Source of the DNA: Candidatus Latescibacterota bacterium
GTDB taxonomy: Bacteria; Latescibacterota; UBA2968; GCA-2709665
Direction of reading: 5' to 3'
Assembly: GCA_965219455.1 (NCBI GenBank)
Contig: OZ244744.1
Location: 2,048,001 to 2,112,000, forward strand
Length of the DNA: 64,000 nt
Under the pieces are notes generated by a model, which ran no database searches, was not told where the DNA came from, and saw nothing but the letters and a program-made list of their open reading frames with translations. Made by a program: the position numbers and the translations under genes. Positions 19,335-29,445 of the stretch are shown here, one piece after another; the stretch's first letter is position 1; each line of letters starts with the position of its first letter.

Positions 19335-20096
19335 CTAACGACCGTTCTCGAAGCAGACGCCCATGTCCTCCAGGAACTGTTCGGGCTCTACCCTGCGATA
19401 CCTTTCCACGCAACCATGCACGCTACCGGGGTTTTCAACTTCATCCTGAGTGGGGAACTGCCGCGTTGACAGACCTTCAAGTCGGGACAGCCTGTAACGG
19501 CTTGTCTGTACAACCTCGTTCACGTTCGATCTGGCGCGGATTTCGACATCGGGTTCCGCGGATCTGTAGTAATGCACGGATTTCAGGTGCGTCCGCATCA
19601 TCTTGAACGCGTAATCCGGAAGACGCGACTCGCGCCCGCCGGGAACGAAGGACTCGAGCCAGAAGAGTCGATCGATCTGGAGATCGAACGCTTTCTTCAG
19701 TGCGCCTGAAACGCTGCCGTCGGACGAAACCCACTTCGAGTCGGGCCAGACGTCCAGGTTGCCCCACGGCCATCCCAGACGTTCCTTATCCAGTGCAAGG
19801 CGTCCGCTGCCGGTATTGACGCCTTCCTTCGAAATGTCGAGAATGGCGAAGTGCTGCGGATAAATGAAGAAGTCATCCGTCCGTGCCCGCCAGGCATCGT
19901 AAAAGGCCGTGGTTAGCGCCAGAATCGCGTACGAGGTGTGGAGGATGCCGTCTTCGAGGCAGGGCGAGACGATTCCCGTGCGATCTGACTCGCGGTAGTC
20001 GGGACAGAATTCCTCGAAGGGGATGGACGTAAGGCCGTTCCCCCCGCACTTCCAATATTCGAAATCCCGGGCGGAAATGACTTTGCTGGTATGCAT
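19335..20096 (-). CDS. hypothetical protein
   Basis: Long ORF co-oriented with its neighbours; motif-like TTAFYD..R...DFFIYP and LDVWP; start MHTS chosen. Confidence 0.65.
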   Translation of the reverse strand: MHTSKVISARDFEYWKCGGNGLTSIPFEEFCPDYRESDRTGIVSPCLEDGILHTSYAILALTTAFYDAWRARTDDFFIYPQHFAILDISKEGVNTGSGRLALDKERLGWPWGNLDVWPDSKWVSSDGSVSGALKKAFDLQIDRLFWLESFVPGGRESRLPDYAFKMMRTHLKSVHYYRSAEPDVEIRARSNVNEVVQTSRYRLSRLEGLSTRQFPTQDEVENPGSVHGCVERYRRVEPEQFLEDMGVCFENGR

Positions 20097-20176
20097 ATCG
20101 GGTAACCTCGCGAACAGCAATAAACCGGCACTACGTTCGCGCGAGTCTTCCACGCGCGGCGCGGATTCGGGAATCC

Positions 20177-20896
20177 TCAGTTCGCCTCGCCGGGGGAAAC
20201 AGCGTCGTTTTGAGGGACGTCACGCGATTCCCGGATCTGGCCCCTCCGCACCACCGACCTCATGGATCGATACATCGCGTAGACGGAAATCAGGGCCCAG
20301 ACCAGAGCGATCGGATAAGCCAGAAGCGGCGTGTCCCAATGCCGTGCGAGGATGCCCGCATCGGTGCGCTCGGTATACATCCAGAGATCGGTACGGAAGT
20401 CGTAGAGGCTGTATAGACAGAGCATCACGCCGAGCCACGTGGACACCCAACGCGCGACGCCTGGCAGCAGGACGGCCCCGATCAGAAGAAGGAGGCCGCT
20501 CGCGATACCGAACATGAAATCGATGCTGATCAGCGGTGTGTAGACTACCGTCATCCCGATGGCGAGGCCGCCAATCCCGGCAAGAAGAATGCGCTGCAGC
20601 AGCGGCCAGGAACTGACGTAGATGAAAAAGGCGCCCAGAAACGCGGAACCGACGTAGCCCGCAGAGGCGATGATCGGAAAAATGCCGCCCCGGCTCTGCG
20701 CGTGGCCGGATTCGTCCCAGTTGACGCGGATTTCGAGGACTTCGCCCCCGGTAGCGATGGTGGCCCCCGCGTGGCACATTTCGTGTACGAGGACCATAAA
20801 AACCCTGAAGGGTTTGATGAAGGGCGTGTCCCAGAACGCGAGAGCGATGATGGCGCAGACGATCGCGGGCCAGAAACGTTTGAAGGTAGTCCGCAT
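20177..20896 (-). CDS. M50B-like membrane metallopeptidase
   Basis: HEMCH, SAGY.GS, TDA motifs; several TM segments. Confidence 0.8.
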   Translation of the reverse strand: MRTTFKRFWPAIVCAIIALAFWDTPFIKPFRVFMVLVHEMCHAGATIATGGEVLEIRVNWDESGHAQSRGGIFPIIASAGYVGSAFLGAFFIYVSSWPLLQRILLAGIGGLAIGMTVVYTPLISIDFMFGIASGLLLLIGAVLLPGVARWVSTWLGVMLCLYSLYDFRTDLWMYTERTDAGILARHWDTPLLAYPIALVWALISVYAMYRSMRSVVRRGQIRESRDVPQNDAVSPGEAN

Positions 20897-20898
20897 TT

Positions 20899-21621
20899 CT
20901 ATTCCTGGTACCGGTTGACAATGCTCAGGTCGGTTTTTCCCGACTCTGCATGGATGAATTTGACGAGCAAGGAGACTTTGTTTTCTTTGTTCAGAACATC
21001 CCAGTAGAAATCGCGGGTCGTTTCAATCCGGTTGTGCAGTTCCACGGCATACGGTTCGCCGGAAAACGCGGGTGGCGGATCTCCGTCGTCCCTGTAAGTG
21101 GTGATGCAGTGGCCGAATCCCGGAATGGCCGTTTCGTAGCTGAAGTATTGTCTGGCAACGATATCGCCGCCTCGGTCTACGGCCTTTAGAATCGAGAGCT
21201 TGTAGTCGGCGCATGAGTGCTCCAGGTTGACGATGCCGGCGATGCGGGGCGTGAAGATGGGAGGATCGGGCTCGATGGTCCGCGTGTTCATGGCGGATTC
21301 GAAGGTGCCGCCGTGCTGTATTGCGTCGAAAATCGTGTCCGTATGATCGCCGTTGGAAACAATGTGACAGGCGCACAGCACTCTGATGGGTCGATAGACA
21401 ACCAGGACGGGATTCTCCAGCGCGGATTCGTCGAAGGCCCGGGTTCTGACCGTATCGTTTTCGGCGACAAAGACCCGGTTCCGGCTCCCCGCGCTTCTGC
21501 CCATAATCCAGTAGACCTGGACGAAGTGCCTGGCGTCGGGAGCCTGGCCGATGATGATGCCCCGTCCCGGATATTGGGAGTTCCCCAGCGCGTCCGGATT
21601 GGTTTCAACGGTCTTTCCCAC
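20899..21621 (-). CDS. IMP cyclohydrolase-like (PurO/Ntn-type) protein
   Basis: YPGRGI, YWIMGRS..SRNR, IVSNGDHTD, EPD.P.FTPRI, NKVSL; GTG start after GAGGAG. Confidence 0.8.
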   Translation of the reverse strand: MGKTVETNPDALGNSQYPGRGIIIGQAPDARHFVQVYWIMGRSAGSRNRVFVAENDTVRTRAFDESALENPVLVVYRPIRVLCACHIVSNGDHTDTIFDAIQHGGTFESAMNTRTIEPDPPIFTPRIAGIVNLEHSCADYKLSILKAVDRGGDIVARQYFSYETAIPGFGHCITTYRDDGDPPPAFSGEPYAVELHNRIETTRDFYWDVLNKENKVSLLVKFIHAESGKTDLSIVNRYQE

Positions 21622-21634
21622 GACGAGGATCTCC

Positions 21635-22525
21635 TCAATTCGTCCCAGGGTCAGACACTTCGACCAGGGTGTCGTAGATCGCTCTTGCAAGAGCGGCGAG
21701 ACTGAGGTCACCGGCCATCCGGTCCGGGCACGTCACGTGTTTGGCCATTATGGCGACCGTATAGGGACCTGTCGGCGAAAAGACGATGCCCACGTCGGCG
21801 CGCACGCCGAGATAGTAACCCGTCTTGTGTGCAACCCTGGTTCCAACCGGCAGTGCGTAGGGGATCACGGTTCTGAGTTGCTGGCGCTTCAGGATGTCCA
21901 GGGCCCCCTCCCGGGACGCTGGCGACAGAATATCGCCCGAATAGAGCAGTTCCAGGAGATCGCACATATCGCGGGGGGAGGATACGTCTGACCGGTCGAG
22001 GTCGTAACCCGCCCCGTCGGGTACGTATTCCGCGTTGAACAGCCGTTCGGTGCAAACGGCATAGGTATGGTCGGGATTGTTCGGATCAAGACCGACGACG
22101 CTGAAGAGCAGTTCTCTGACCGTCATCGGGATACGGGTCTTCAGGAGTCCGAGTTGCCGCATCGTGGTGTTGAGATTGTCTCCGCCAACAAGGTGGTAGA
22201 GAATATCCGTCGCGGTGTTGTCGCTGATGATAATCATCAGCATGGCCAGATCGCGAATCGTGGGGTTCAGACCCCCTGCCATTTCCTTCAGGATACCCGA
22301 GCCGGGAACACGAAGATCCCTGGTGATCTCGATGCGCTTGTCCGGATCGATATCGCCCCGGTCCACCTGGCGGTAGAGTTCGACAAGCAGGGGAACTTTC
22401 AGCGTGCTGGCGGTGAAGAACACGTCCTCAGCATTGTGTTGAATGCGCCGGCCGGTTTCCAGGTGTCTGGCCGACACGCCAACGGTCCCCTCGATCCTCG
22501 AGATGGCGGTTTCGACAGATGTCAT
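21635..22525 (-). CDS. class A beta-lactamase-like serine hydrolase
   Basis: STLK (SxxK), SDN, KTG motifs; no signal peptide. Confidence 0.85.
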   Translation of the reverse strand: MTSVETAISRIEGTVGVSARHLETGRRIQHNAEDVFFTASTLKVPLLVELYRQVDRGDIDPDKRIEITRDLRVPGSGILKEMAGGLNPTIRDLAMLMIIISDNTATDILYHLVGGDNLNTTMRQLGLLKTRIPMTVRELLFSVVGLDPNNPDHTYAVCTERLFNAEYVPDGAGYDLDRSDVSSPRDMCDLLELLYSGDILSPASREGALDILKRQQLRTVIPYALPVGTRVAHKTGYYLGVRADVGIVFSPTGPYTVAIMAKHVTCPDRMAGDLSLAALARAIYDTLVEVSDPGTN

Positions 22526-22546
22526 TTCAAGTTATCCAATCTGCGC

Positions 22547-22627
22547 TTCGGTTTTTGCCTTTTCTCACGTCTCCCGTCTTGCCTCTACCCGGTTTTCGGT
22601 TTTTGCCTTTCCTCACGTCTTCCGTCT
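22547..22627. repeat. imperfect 33-bp direct repeat, 2 copies
   Basis: TTCGGTTTTTGCCTTT(T/C)CTCACGTCT(C/T)CCGTCT at ~22547 and ~22595. Confidence 0.8.
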
Positions 22628-22682
22628 CACGGCCTTCTGATTTCGGGAGAAGGGTTCTGCTGTTTGGTTTTTGGTTCCTGCT

Positions 22683-22716
22683 TCAAGCTGATTGCTGACC
22701 GCTGATGGCTGATCGC
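22683..22716. repeat. heptamer tandem repeat (GCTGANN)x4
   Basis: GCTGATT GCTGACC GCTGATG GCTGATC; same family on the opposite strand at 57900-58056. Confidence 0.7.
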
Positions 22717-22718
22717 TC

Positions 22719-24674
22719 TTATGGTATCTCCATTGAAAGTGCTTTTTGCTTCAAAACCCCGTAACGACGGGTCTCATACGCCGGCAACTGGCTTTCGCGC
22801 AGGTCAAAACCGAACGCGCGTTTGCTGAGCACAATGATCGGCGGCGCCTGGACGCGTTTGAAATAGTTGAGCCTCACCTGCCGCGCGATCCACTCCAGGT
22901 CTTCAATCCAGCTGTTCACGTCCGGGAACCAGGCCCGGAACTGCTCCCGGTCATCCCACCCGATCTCGTCCAGCAGGATTCCATCCAGGAACCACTGCAG
23001 AAAATCGACGGGGTGTTTCCGATACTCGATGATCTGGCGAAGAATGGCATCGTGGTACCCGTATTTGATCGGATCCCCCAGACCCCGGGTCACGTCCTGG
23101 GCTTCCGACAATTCCGCACTGGGCACCGTCTCCCCGCTAATCAGGTTTTCCGGAATGACCTCGCTTCCAAACACGTGCGCGTTCAGGAACCGCGCCAGTT
23201 GCAGCACCTGTACCTTATACAGGTCTGCAATAGGGGCCACGGCGCCATTCACGTCCCCGTAAAGCGTGGCGTAACCGAGCGCCGTCTCTGTCTTGTTGCC
23301 GTTGTTCGTAAAGACCAGCCCGAACTTCGCGGCCAATCCGGCGAGAATATCCGCCCCCCGGATGCGCGCCTGGAGGTTCTCGTCGACGAGACGGGTATAG
23401 TCGCCCGGCGACCTGGAGAAGCTTACGCCCCTGATCTTCTCGGACAGGTTCTCGTACAGATCCTGGATCGGGCAACTCAGGTAGTCCACCTCGAGGGTCC
23501 GACAGACCTGCCTTGCGTTTTTCTGCGTGATGGACGAATTGAACCGGGTTGGCATATTCACCGCGTACACACGCTCGGGTCCGAAGGCCTGGGCGAGCAT
23601 GCAGGTCACCACGCTCGAATCGATCCCTCCACTGGCGCCCACCAGGAATTGGTTCTCTTTCTCCCGGATATCGTCAAGATGCCGCAGTCCGGTCAGTATG
23701 GCGTCGTAGATCGCGGCGACCTCGTCCTGAGAAGAAGCGGGCGGGTCTCCGCCCTGGCTCGATATAATCTGCTGCCGCCATGGCTGCGCCCGCCTCAGAA
23801 TCTCTCCCGACGCGGAATACACCGTCGAATCGCCGTCGAAAACGATGATATTCTTGCCGTTGTTCTGCGCCCCGACCTGATTGACGTAAAAAACAGGAAT
23901 GGGAGAACGGCGCAGAATCTCCCTGACGACCCGGTTGCGCTTCAGATTCTTCTGCCACGTCCAGGGAGAAGACGACAGATTGAAGAGCGCCTGCGCCCCG
24001 CGGTCGTGGAACACGCGCAGCGTATCCAGAGTATCTTCTCCGTAGCCGTAGTCCTGGCACCATATATCTTCGCAGAGTTGCACGCCGAACGGAAACGTCC
24101 GGCCGTCCCTCAGGCGGACCTTAAAGGGCCGGATCCAGTCGTAAACCGATCTCCCGCAAGCATCGGCGAGTTTCCGGAGCGAGTAGAAGTGGCGGTCGTC
24201 GTCGAAGAACCGGTAGTTCGGATGCAGCGTCTTGGGATGCACCCCGGCGGGCAACCCGGAAGGGACCTCGTTGCGCGTCACATAGCGGCCGTCGGCGCAG
24301 ACGTGGACGGCATTGTACTTTCGTATCCGGCCGTCCTCCCCGATGTTCGCCCGATCCACCGCCACGTTCCCGAAGAGTACGGTAATGTCCTGACTGGCTT
24401 CCCGGATCGTTTCGCTGTATGCCGCGAAATCCTCAACGAGCGCATCCACCTCCCACAGGTCGCCCAGGATATAGCCGGAAATGCAGAGTTCCGAAAAAAC
24501 GATCAGTTCCGCGCCCTCTGCCCTCCCTTTGTCGATGTAATGCAGCATCCGATCCACGTTCAGATCCGGGCGTGCCGCCTTCACATCCATCTGGACCAGA
24601 GCGATTTCGGGCAACGCGTCAACGCCAGTCATATCTGCCGAGCCAAAGATGAAGGTTTGGTTTGACCTTCCCAA
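22719..24674 (-). CDS. nadE: glutamine-dependent NAD+ synthetase
   Basis: Nitrilase domain (FSELC, K, CEDIW) plus SGGIDS, ENLQARIR, NKTE..LGY.TLYGD, PSAEL. Start may be ATG 24632. Confidence 0.92.
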   Translation of the reverse strand: MGRSNQTFIFGSADMTGVDALPEIALVQMDVKAARPDLNVDRMLHYIDKGRAEGAELIVFSELCISGYILGDLWEVDALVEDFAAYSETIREASQDITVLFGNVAVDRANIGEDGRIRKYNAVHVCADGRYVTRNEVPSGLPAGVHPKTLHPNYRFFDDDRHFYSLRKLADACGRSVYDWIRPFKVRLRDGRTFPFGVQLCEDIWCQDYGYGEDTLDTLRVFHDRGAQALFNLSSSPWTWQKNLKRNRVVREILRRSPIPVFYVNQVGAQNNGKNIIVFDGDSTVYSASGEILRRAQPWRQQIISSQGGDPPASSQDEVAAIYDAILTGLRHLDDIREKENQFLVGASGGIDSSVVTCMLAQAFGPERVYAVNMPTRFNSSITQKNARQVCRTLEVDYLSCPIQDLYENLSEKIRGVSFSRSPGDYTRLVDENLQARIRGADILAGLAAKFGLVFTNNGNKTETALGYATLYGDVNGAVAPIADLYKVQVLQLARFLNAHVFGSEVIPENLISGETVPSAELSEAQDVTRGLGDPIKYGYHDAILRQIIEYRKHPVDFLQWFLDGILLDEIGWDDREQFRAWFPDVNSWIEDLEWIARQVRLNYFKRVQAPPIIVLSKRAFGFDLRESQLPAYETRRYGVLKQKALSMEIP

Positions 24675-24687
24675 CCCAACGCATTAC

Positions 24688-25995
24688 CTACGAAATGCCG
24701 AGTGACCGACTCACGCCGGCGTGAATCCGATCCTCGGTGGCGGCCACGTAGGGCCCCGTTCGCTTCCAGTACTGCTGGCTGAACCAGACTTCGTAGCCGC
24801 CTTCAGGAATCTGGCGCCGGACGGGGACGTAGCCGATGATGTCATTGGTATATGCCAGAACCAGGACGTTGTCGAAATGCGGACCCAGTTCCCGTTTCAG
24901 GCGCAAGCCATGCTCGACAGTCATTTCCCCTGCAAGTGTGACCACCGCCAGGGCATTTCCGAAACGTACCGTCTGAACTTCAAACGGGATGGTCGTGGGT
25001 ACGGGGACATTCTTTTCGACGCATTCAAACAGATGTCGCGCCCAGGCCTGAACGAACGCCCGGTCGTCATTCAGGCCGGCTCTCACGAGTTCCATGTCGA
25101 CGGGTTCGGTTTCCAGGTTGAGGATGGTCTGGCTCACGGAAATCGGACCGGTGACCGGCTCGAGCGCGCCCGAGGCGAGGACACGGACCACGGATTCCCC
25201 CAGTTCGATGCCGATGTCGCGGATTTCTTCGACACTCCTGGGTACGAATGTATCAGACGAGGGGTCGACCGGCCTTGTTTTCTGGTCTCCGGCGCAGCCC
25301 TGGAGAAAAAAAGCCGGGGCGCCCGGAACCATTGTTTCTATATGGTCATAGACGAAACAGACGTAGTCGCCGCCGATGAGGGTGCCGCTCCGGCTGGTGG
25401 GGTGGCACGCGTAGCTGAAGATCACGCTTCGACGTTCGCCTTCGGGAGATTCGACGACCAGCACGTGCACGTCGTGGTCGTGAGGCGCATCAGCGTCGGG
25501 TTTCCAATCGACGCCGCCCTTCCCGTCGGGCTTACGGCGGGAAACGGCGATGTCACATTGCCCGGTACCGAAACGAAGCCGGGCGGGCGCCCGGGTTTCC
25601 CATGCGGTTTTCGCACTGCGGGTGACCCGGCTCATGAGTTCCTCGACGTATTCCTCGTCCAGGCCGCCGTGGCGCTGGCGGTCCATTTCCCGGATGCAGG
25701 GGCCGCAGTGGGTGTGGGTTCCGCTGAGAATGATGCTCGACGGCGCTAGGCCCGTCGCCGCCGAGATGCGGGACCGAACCTGTTCCGTGTGTTCGTAGAA
25801 ACCCAGGATCTCAGCGCTGACGATGAGCAATGGGCTGGTGCCGTCGTCTATCGCAATGGCGTTGGCCTTCAGAGGATGATAGACGGCCGTGGAGGGTTCG
25901 GTACGGGCGGCGAACCCGGCCATATGGATACCGACCGGTGGCGTGATGTCATCGCCGCCCACGCCGATCCGGTAGGTGTCGTTGGATATCGTCAT
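24688..25995 (-). CDS. neutral/alkaline ceramidase-like protein
   Basis: DITPP.G..MAGF, THTHCGP, YACHPT, QGCAGD. Confidence 0.75.
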   Translation of the reverse strand: MTISNDTYRIGVGGDDITPPVGIHMAGFAARTEPSTAVYHPLKANAIAIDDGTSPLLIVSAEILGFYEHTEQVRSRISAATGLAPSSIILSGTHTHCGPCIREMDRQRHGGLDEEYVEELMSRVTRSAKTAWETRAPARLRFGTGQCDIAVSRRKPDGKGGVDWKPDADAPHDHDVHVLVVESPEGERRSVIFSYACHPTSRSGTLIGGDYVCFVYDHIETMVPGAPAFFLQGCAGDQKTRPVDPSSDTFVPRSVEEIRDIGIELGESVVRVLASGALEPVTGPISVSQTILNLETEPVDMELVRAGLNDDRAFVQAWARHLFECVEKNVPVPTTIPFEVQTVRFGNALAVVTLAGEMTVEHGLRLKRELGPHFDNVLVLAYTNDIIGYVPVRRQIPEGGYEVWFSQQYWKRTGPYVAATEDRIHAGVSRSLGIS

Positions 25996-26011
25996 GCGAC
26001 GTGCTCCGTGA

Positions 26012-27013
26012 TTACAGATGGACCGCCTGTTTTGTCCGCGCGGACTCTACGATGGCCAGGCCCACGCGCAGGGCATTGCGCGCTTCCTGCAATGTGCCGT
26101 GCTCGGGATTCCGATGTTCGATGACGCAGTCCGCGAAGTGCGTGAGTTCCTGCTCCAATGCCCCGACGATTCTGCCGTGAAGTTCAGGCGCAAGATAAAG
26201 ATCCGGGCTGGACGTTGCTTCGCCGGTCCATATCCATGAGGCGTCGTTGGGTTCCACGATGTGAGCCGTCCCGTCCGTGCCGACCACTTCGAGGCCTGCG
26301 TCGGACCAGTAGAGCCGGCGGTCGGGCATGAAAAAACTCTGTTCGATGACGCCGACGAGACCGCTTTGGAAAGTGAGCATGGCCCACCACGTATCGGGAC
26401 GGTCCGGTTGGGCCATGCTGCGCGTTCTGGCATAGACTTCCCGGACTTCCTCGCCGGCCATCCAGAGCAACTGGTCAATGGTATGAATGCCAGGCTGCAG
26501 GACGAGGGGATAGGGTTTGAAACGCGGCGCATCCAGGATACCGCGCCAGATGTTTCGGCGGCCGTAGATGGAGACCAGTTCTCCCAGTTCGCCCGCGTCG
26601 ATTTTCTGTTTAATGTTCCCGCGCCGGACGTCGAAACGTTCGAGGAATCCGACCATGAAAACGGCGCCGCTCTTATCCGCCTCGTCGATGAGCCGGTCGT
26701 TTTCATCCGGACTGTCGGTCAGCAGGATCTCGCTGAAGACGTGTTTGCCCCGTTGAAGCGCGGCGAGGGCGATTTCGGTGTGCCGGTCCACCTCGGTGAC
26801 GATGTCGATGGCTTCCACGTCGGGATCGCGCACCAGGTCTCTATAGTCCGTATAGTGCCTGGGTACGTTGTATGTCGAGGCGACATTTCCGGCGCGTTCA
26901 GCCGATCGGGAGCAGACCGCCGTGAGTTCGACATGAGGAAGTTGGGCAAGGACACGGGCGTGCTGGACGCCGAAACGTCCCAGACCGATGACGCCGATTT
27001 TTGTACGGTTCAT
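26012..27013 (-). CDS. Gfo/Idh/MocA oxidoreductase
   Basis: IGLGRFG, GKHVFSE, GIHTID. Confidence 0.88.
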   Translation of the reverse strand: MNRTKIGVIGLGRFGVQHARVLAQLPHVELTAVCSRSAERAGNVASTYNVPRHYTDYRDLVRDPDVEAIDIVTEVDRHTEIALAALQRGKHVFSEILLTDSPDENDRLIDEADKSGAVFMVGFLERFDVRRGNIKQKIDAGELGELVSIYGRRNIWRGILDAPRFKPYPLVLQPGIHTIDQLLWMAGEEVREVYARTRSMAQPDRPDTWWAMLTFQSGLVGVIEQSFFMPDRRLYWSDAGLEVVGTDGTAHIVEPNDASWIWTGEATSSPDLYLAPELHGRIVGALEQELTHFADCVIEHRNPEHGTLQEARNALRVGLAIVESARTKQAVHL

Positions 27014-28011
27014 GACGCGTTCAGGTTGACAACAACCCTGCCCTTCTGCTGGCCTTTCAGCATTCGCTGAATTTCCGGTTCGAGGGTTTCAAGCGTACAC
27101 TCCGTAACCAGGTCGTCCGACGTTTCGATCTTCCAGGGTCCCGCGATTTTTTTCCAGATATCCTTTCTTTCCGGCATAGGGCACTCGGCGGAGTCGATCC
27201 CTTGCAGGCTGACGCCCCGCAGGATGAACGGGTAGACGCTGGTTTTCAGATCCGCGGAAGCGACGAGGCCACAGCACGCGACCATGCCCCGGCGCCGCGT
27301 GGACTTGAGGGCGGTTGCCAGAATATTGCCTCCCACGGTATCCACGACGCCCGCCCAGCGTTCCGCCAGAAGCGGACGTCCGCCGGCATCGTCGACGTCG
27401 TTTCGATCCACAACCGCGGTTGCGCCGAGGTCGAACAGGAATTGGGCCTCGTGAGTCTTACCCGTGGCGGCGGCCACCATGTACCCCAGCCGGGCGAGGA
27501 TGGCGACGGCGAGGCTGCCGACGCCCCCCGTGGCGCCGGTGACGAGAATCTCGCCTGAGTCGGGGGCGACGCCATGGCCTTCCAGTCTTTGCACCGACAT
27601 GGCAGCGGTGAATCCGGCCGTACCGTAGACCATGGACTCACGCAAGGTGAGACCGTTTGGCAGCGGGACGATCCACCCGGCAGGTACGCGGATATATTGG
27701 CCGAAACCGCCGGGTGTGTTTACACCCAGGTCGTAGCTTGTGGCAATGACTTCATCGCCCGGTCGGAAGCGCCCATCCGTGCTTTCCTCGACAACGCCCG
27801 CGGCGTCGATGCCGGGCGTATGCGGGTAGCGCCTGGTGACGCCGCGATGGCCGGTGGCTGACAGCGCGTCCTTGTAGTTCAGAGACGAGTAGTGCACCCG
27901 GATCAGGACGTCGCCCGCCGGCAGTTCATCGATGGACCGGTGCTCCACCTTGCGGATATAGTCGTTGTTCTCCTGGCTCACGACCAGGCATTTAAGGCTT
28001 CGGTCGGTCAT
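27010..28011 (-). CDS. YhdH/YhfP family (AcuI-like acryloyl-CoA reductase) oxidoreductase
   Basis: SSLNYKDAL, PGIDAAG, GTAGFTA, GATGGVGS, PFILRGV.L.GIDS. Confidence 0.9.
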   Translation of the reverse strand: MTDRSLKCLVVSQENNDYIRKVEHRSIDELPAGDVLIRVHYSSLNYKDALSATGHRGVTRRYPHTPGIDAAGVVEESTDGRFRPGDEVIATSYDLGVNTPGGFGQYIRVPAGWIVPLPNGLTLRESMVYGTAGFTAAMSVQRLEGHGVAPDSGEILVTGATGGVGSLAVAILARLGYMVAAATGKTHEAQFLFDLGATAVVDRNDVDDAGGRPLLAERWAGVVDTVGGNILATALKSTRRRGMVACCGLVASADLKTSVYPFILRGVSLQGIDSAECPMPERKDIWKKIAGPWKIETSDDLVTECTLETLEPEIQRMLKGQQKGRVVVNLNAS

Positions 28012-28083
28012 ACCCCTTTCCGTGTCTTTCCACGCCGGATGCGGATTCCTTGTCCGTTGCGCCGCCGGGGCGCGCCCGGTCGT

Positions 28084-29223
28084 TCAGGAGAAGAATCGTG
28101 TGATCCGATAGGCGTCAAGTTCAATTGGAAGATCCCTGCCTATGATGAGGTCGGCGATAAGTTTGCCGCTATACGGGCCCAGTTGCAGGCCGGTGGGCCC
28201 ATGCCCGGTTGCCAGGTAGACGTTTCTCTTTCCGGGAACGGGGCCGAGCACGGGCAACAGATCCTGCGTATACGGACGCAGGCCGACTCGAATTTCACGG
28301 ATTTCGGCTGTAGCCAGGCCGGGCGCCACCCGCAGCGCCTCGGCGAGCACTTCCCTCACCCCGGCGGCCGTGGCGCGGGCGTCGAAACCGGATCCGGTTT
28401 CCCGCGTGGCGCCCACGACCACCCGGTTGTCCGGCCAGGGCACCATGTAGTGGCCTCGAACGGCACTGACGATTGTCCACGACGACGTATCCGCGACAGC
28501 AGGCAGACCCAGGTGGATGATCTGACCACGCTGGGGTTCTACCGGGATCTGTACCCCCAGTTGAAGGCCGAACGCGTGCGACCAGGCGCCGCCCGCGATG
28601 ACCACACCGGCTGCCGAAATGCTCCCTGCATCCGTGAGGACACCGGTGACCGTGTCGTTGTCCATGCGCAAGCCTTCAACACCCGCCTGTTGGATGGTCA
28701 GCCCACGGGCCTCCGCTGCCCGGCGCAGGGCGCCCGTCAGGAGGCGGCCGTCGACGCGGGCGGCCTCGCGATAGTAGATGGCCCCCTGGACGTCGGCCAG
28801 GGCCGGAAACCGGCTGCGGGCTTCTTCGGACGATATTTCGTAGAGATCCTCCGCGGGGGGTTCCCCGCGGCGACTCCGGCGGTTGAAAATGCGGCGGCGC
28901 GAAATGTCAAAGGGCTCCAGTTCGTCGTCTGACACGGCAACGATCATCATGCCGCAGACGGCGAAACCGGTTTCTCCCGCCTGTTCGGCTGTCAGATTCT
29001 CGATCAGTCCGGGATAGTAATCAACGGCAAGAGAGGCCAGGCGCTGCCATAGGTCCGGATCCCGTGTATTGGTGGCCGGAGACAGAATGCCCGCGCCGGC
29101 ATCCGTGGCGCGACCCCTGTCCATACGGTCGACAAGCAGGGTTCGTGCGCCTGCGCAGACGAGATGGTAGGCGGTGGACATCCCCACAATCCCCCCACCG
29201 ATGACAATGGCGTCATAGCTCAT
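28084..29223 (-). CDS. FAD-dependent D-amino-acid/glycine oxidase-family oxidoreductase
   Basis: GGGIVG, ATDAGAGI, PQRGQ, VGLRP, TGHG..GL.LGP. Confidence 0.88.
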   Translation of the reverse strand: MSYDAIVIGGGIVGMSTAYHLVCAGARTLLVDRMDRGRATDAGAGILSPATNTRDPDLWQRLASLAVDYYPGLIENLTAEQAGETGFAVCGMMIVAVSDDELEPFDISRRRIFNRRSRRGEPPAEDLYEISSEEARSRFPALADVQGAIYYREAARVDGRLLTGALRRAAEARGLTIQQAGVEGLRMDNDTVTGVLTDAGSISAAGVVIAGGAWSHAFGLQLGVQIPVEPQRGQIIHLGLPAVADTSSWTIVSAVRGHYMVPWPDNRVVVGATRETGSGFDARATAAGVREVLAEALRVAPGLATAEIREIRVGLRPYTQDLLPVLGPVPGKRNVYLATGHGPTGLQLGPYSGKLIADLIIGRDLPIELDAYRITRFFS

Positions 29224-29445
29224 CTTGAACCCTGTGTTTATCGAAAACCCGCATACGAAACGTCCGAAGAAAACGCGCCGGCCGAAACGCTCGAGACACC
29301 GGGGCGGTTGTTTCCCGCCGCCGTTCCCGGAGGGGCTGCAAATGCACCGGTGCCGTTCAGAACGGCCGGTCGCCCCTGATGGTGATCCGGTGCATCGTGC
29401 GCCGGTGGCCGGGTTCGCTGAGCTAAATTATCCGCGAAAAAAAAA

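Noticed and set aside
21635-22525. Bona fide beta-lactam resistance gene
   Set aside because: SxxK/SDN/KTG are present, but there is no signal peptide or clear omega-loop Glu166 equivalent; kept as a serine hydrolase.
22547-22716. CRISPR array
   Set aside because: Only two imperfect copies with a 15-bp gap and no cas genes; the heptamers have no spacers.
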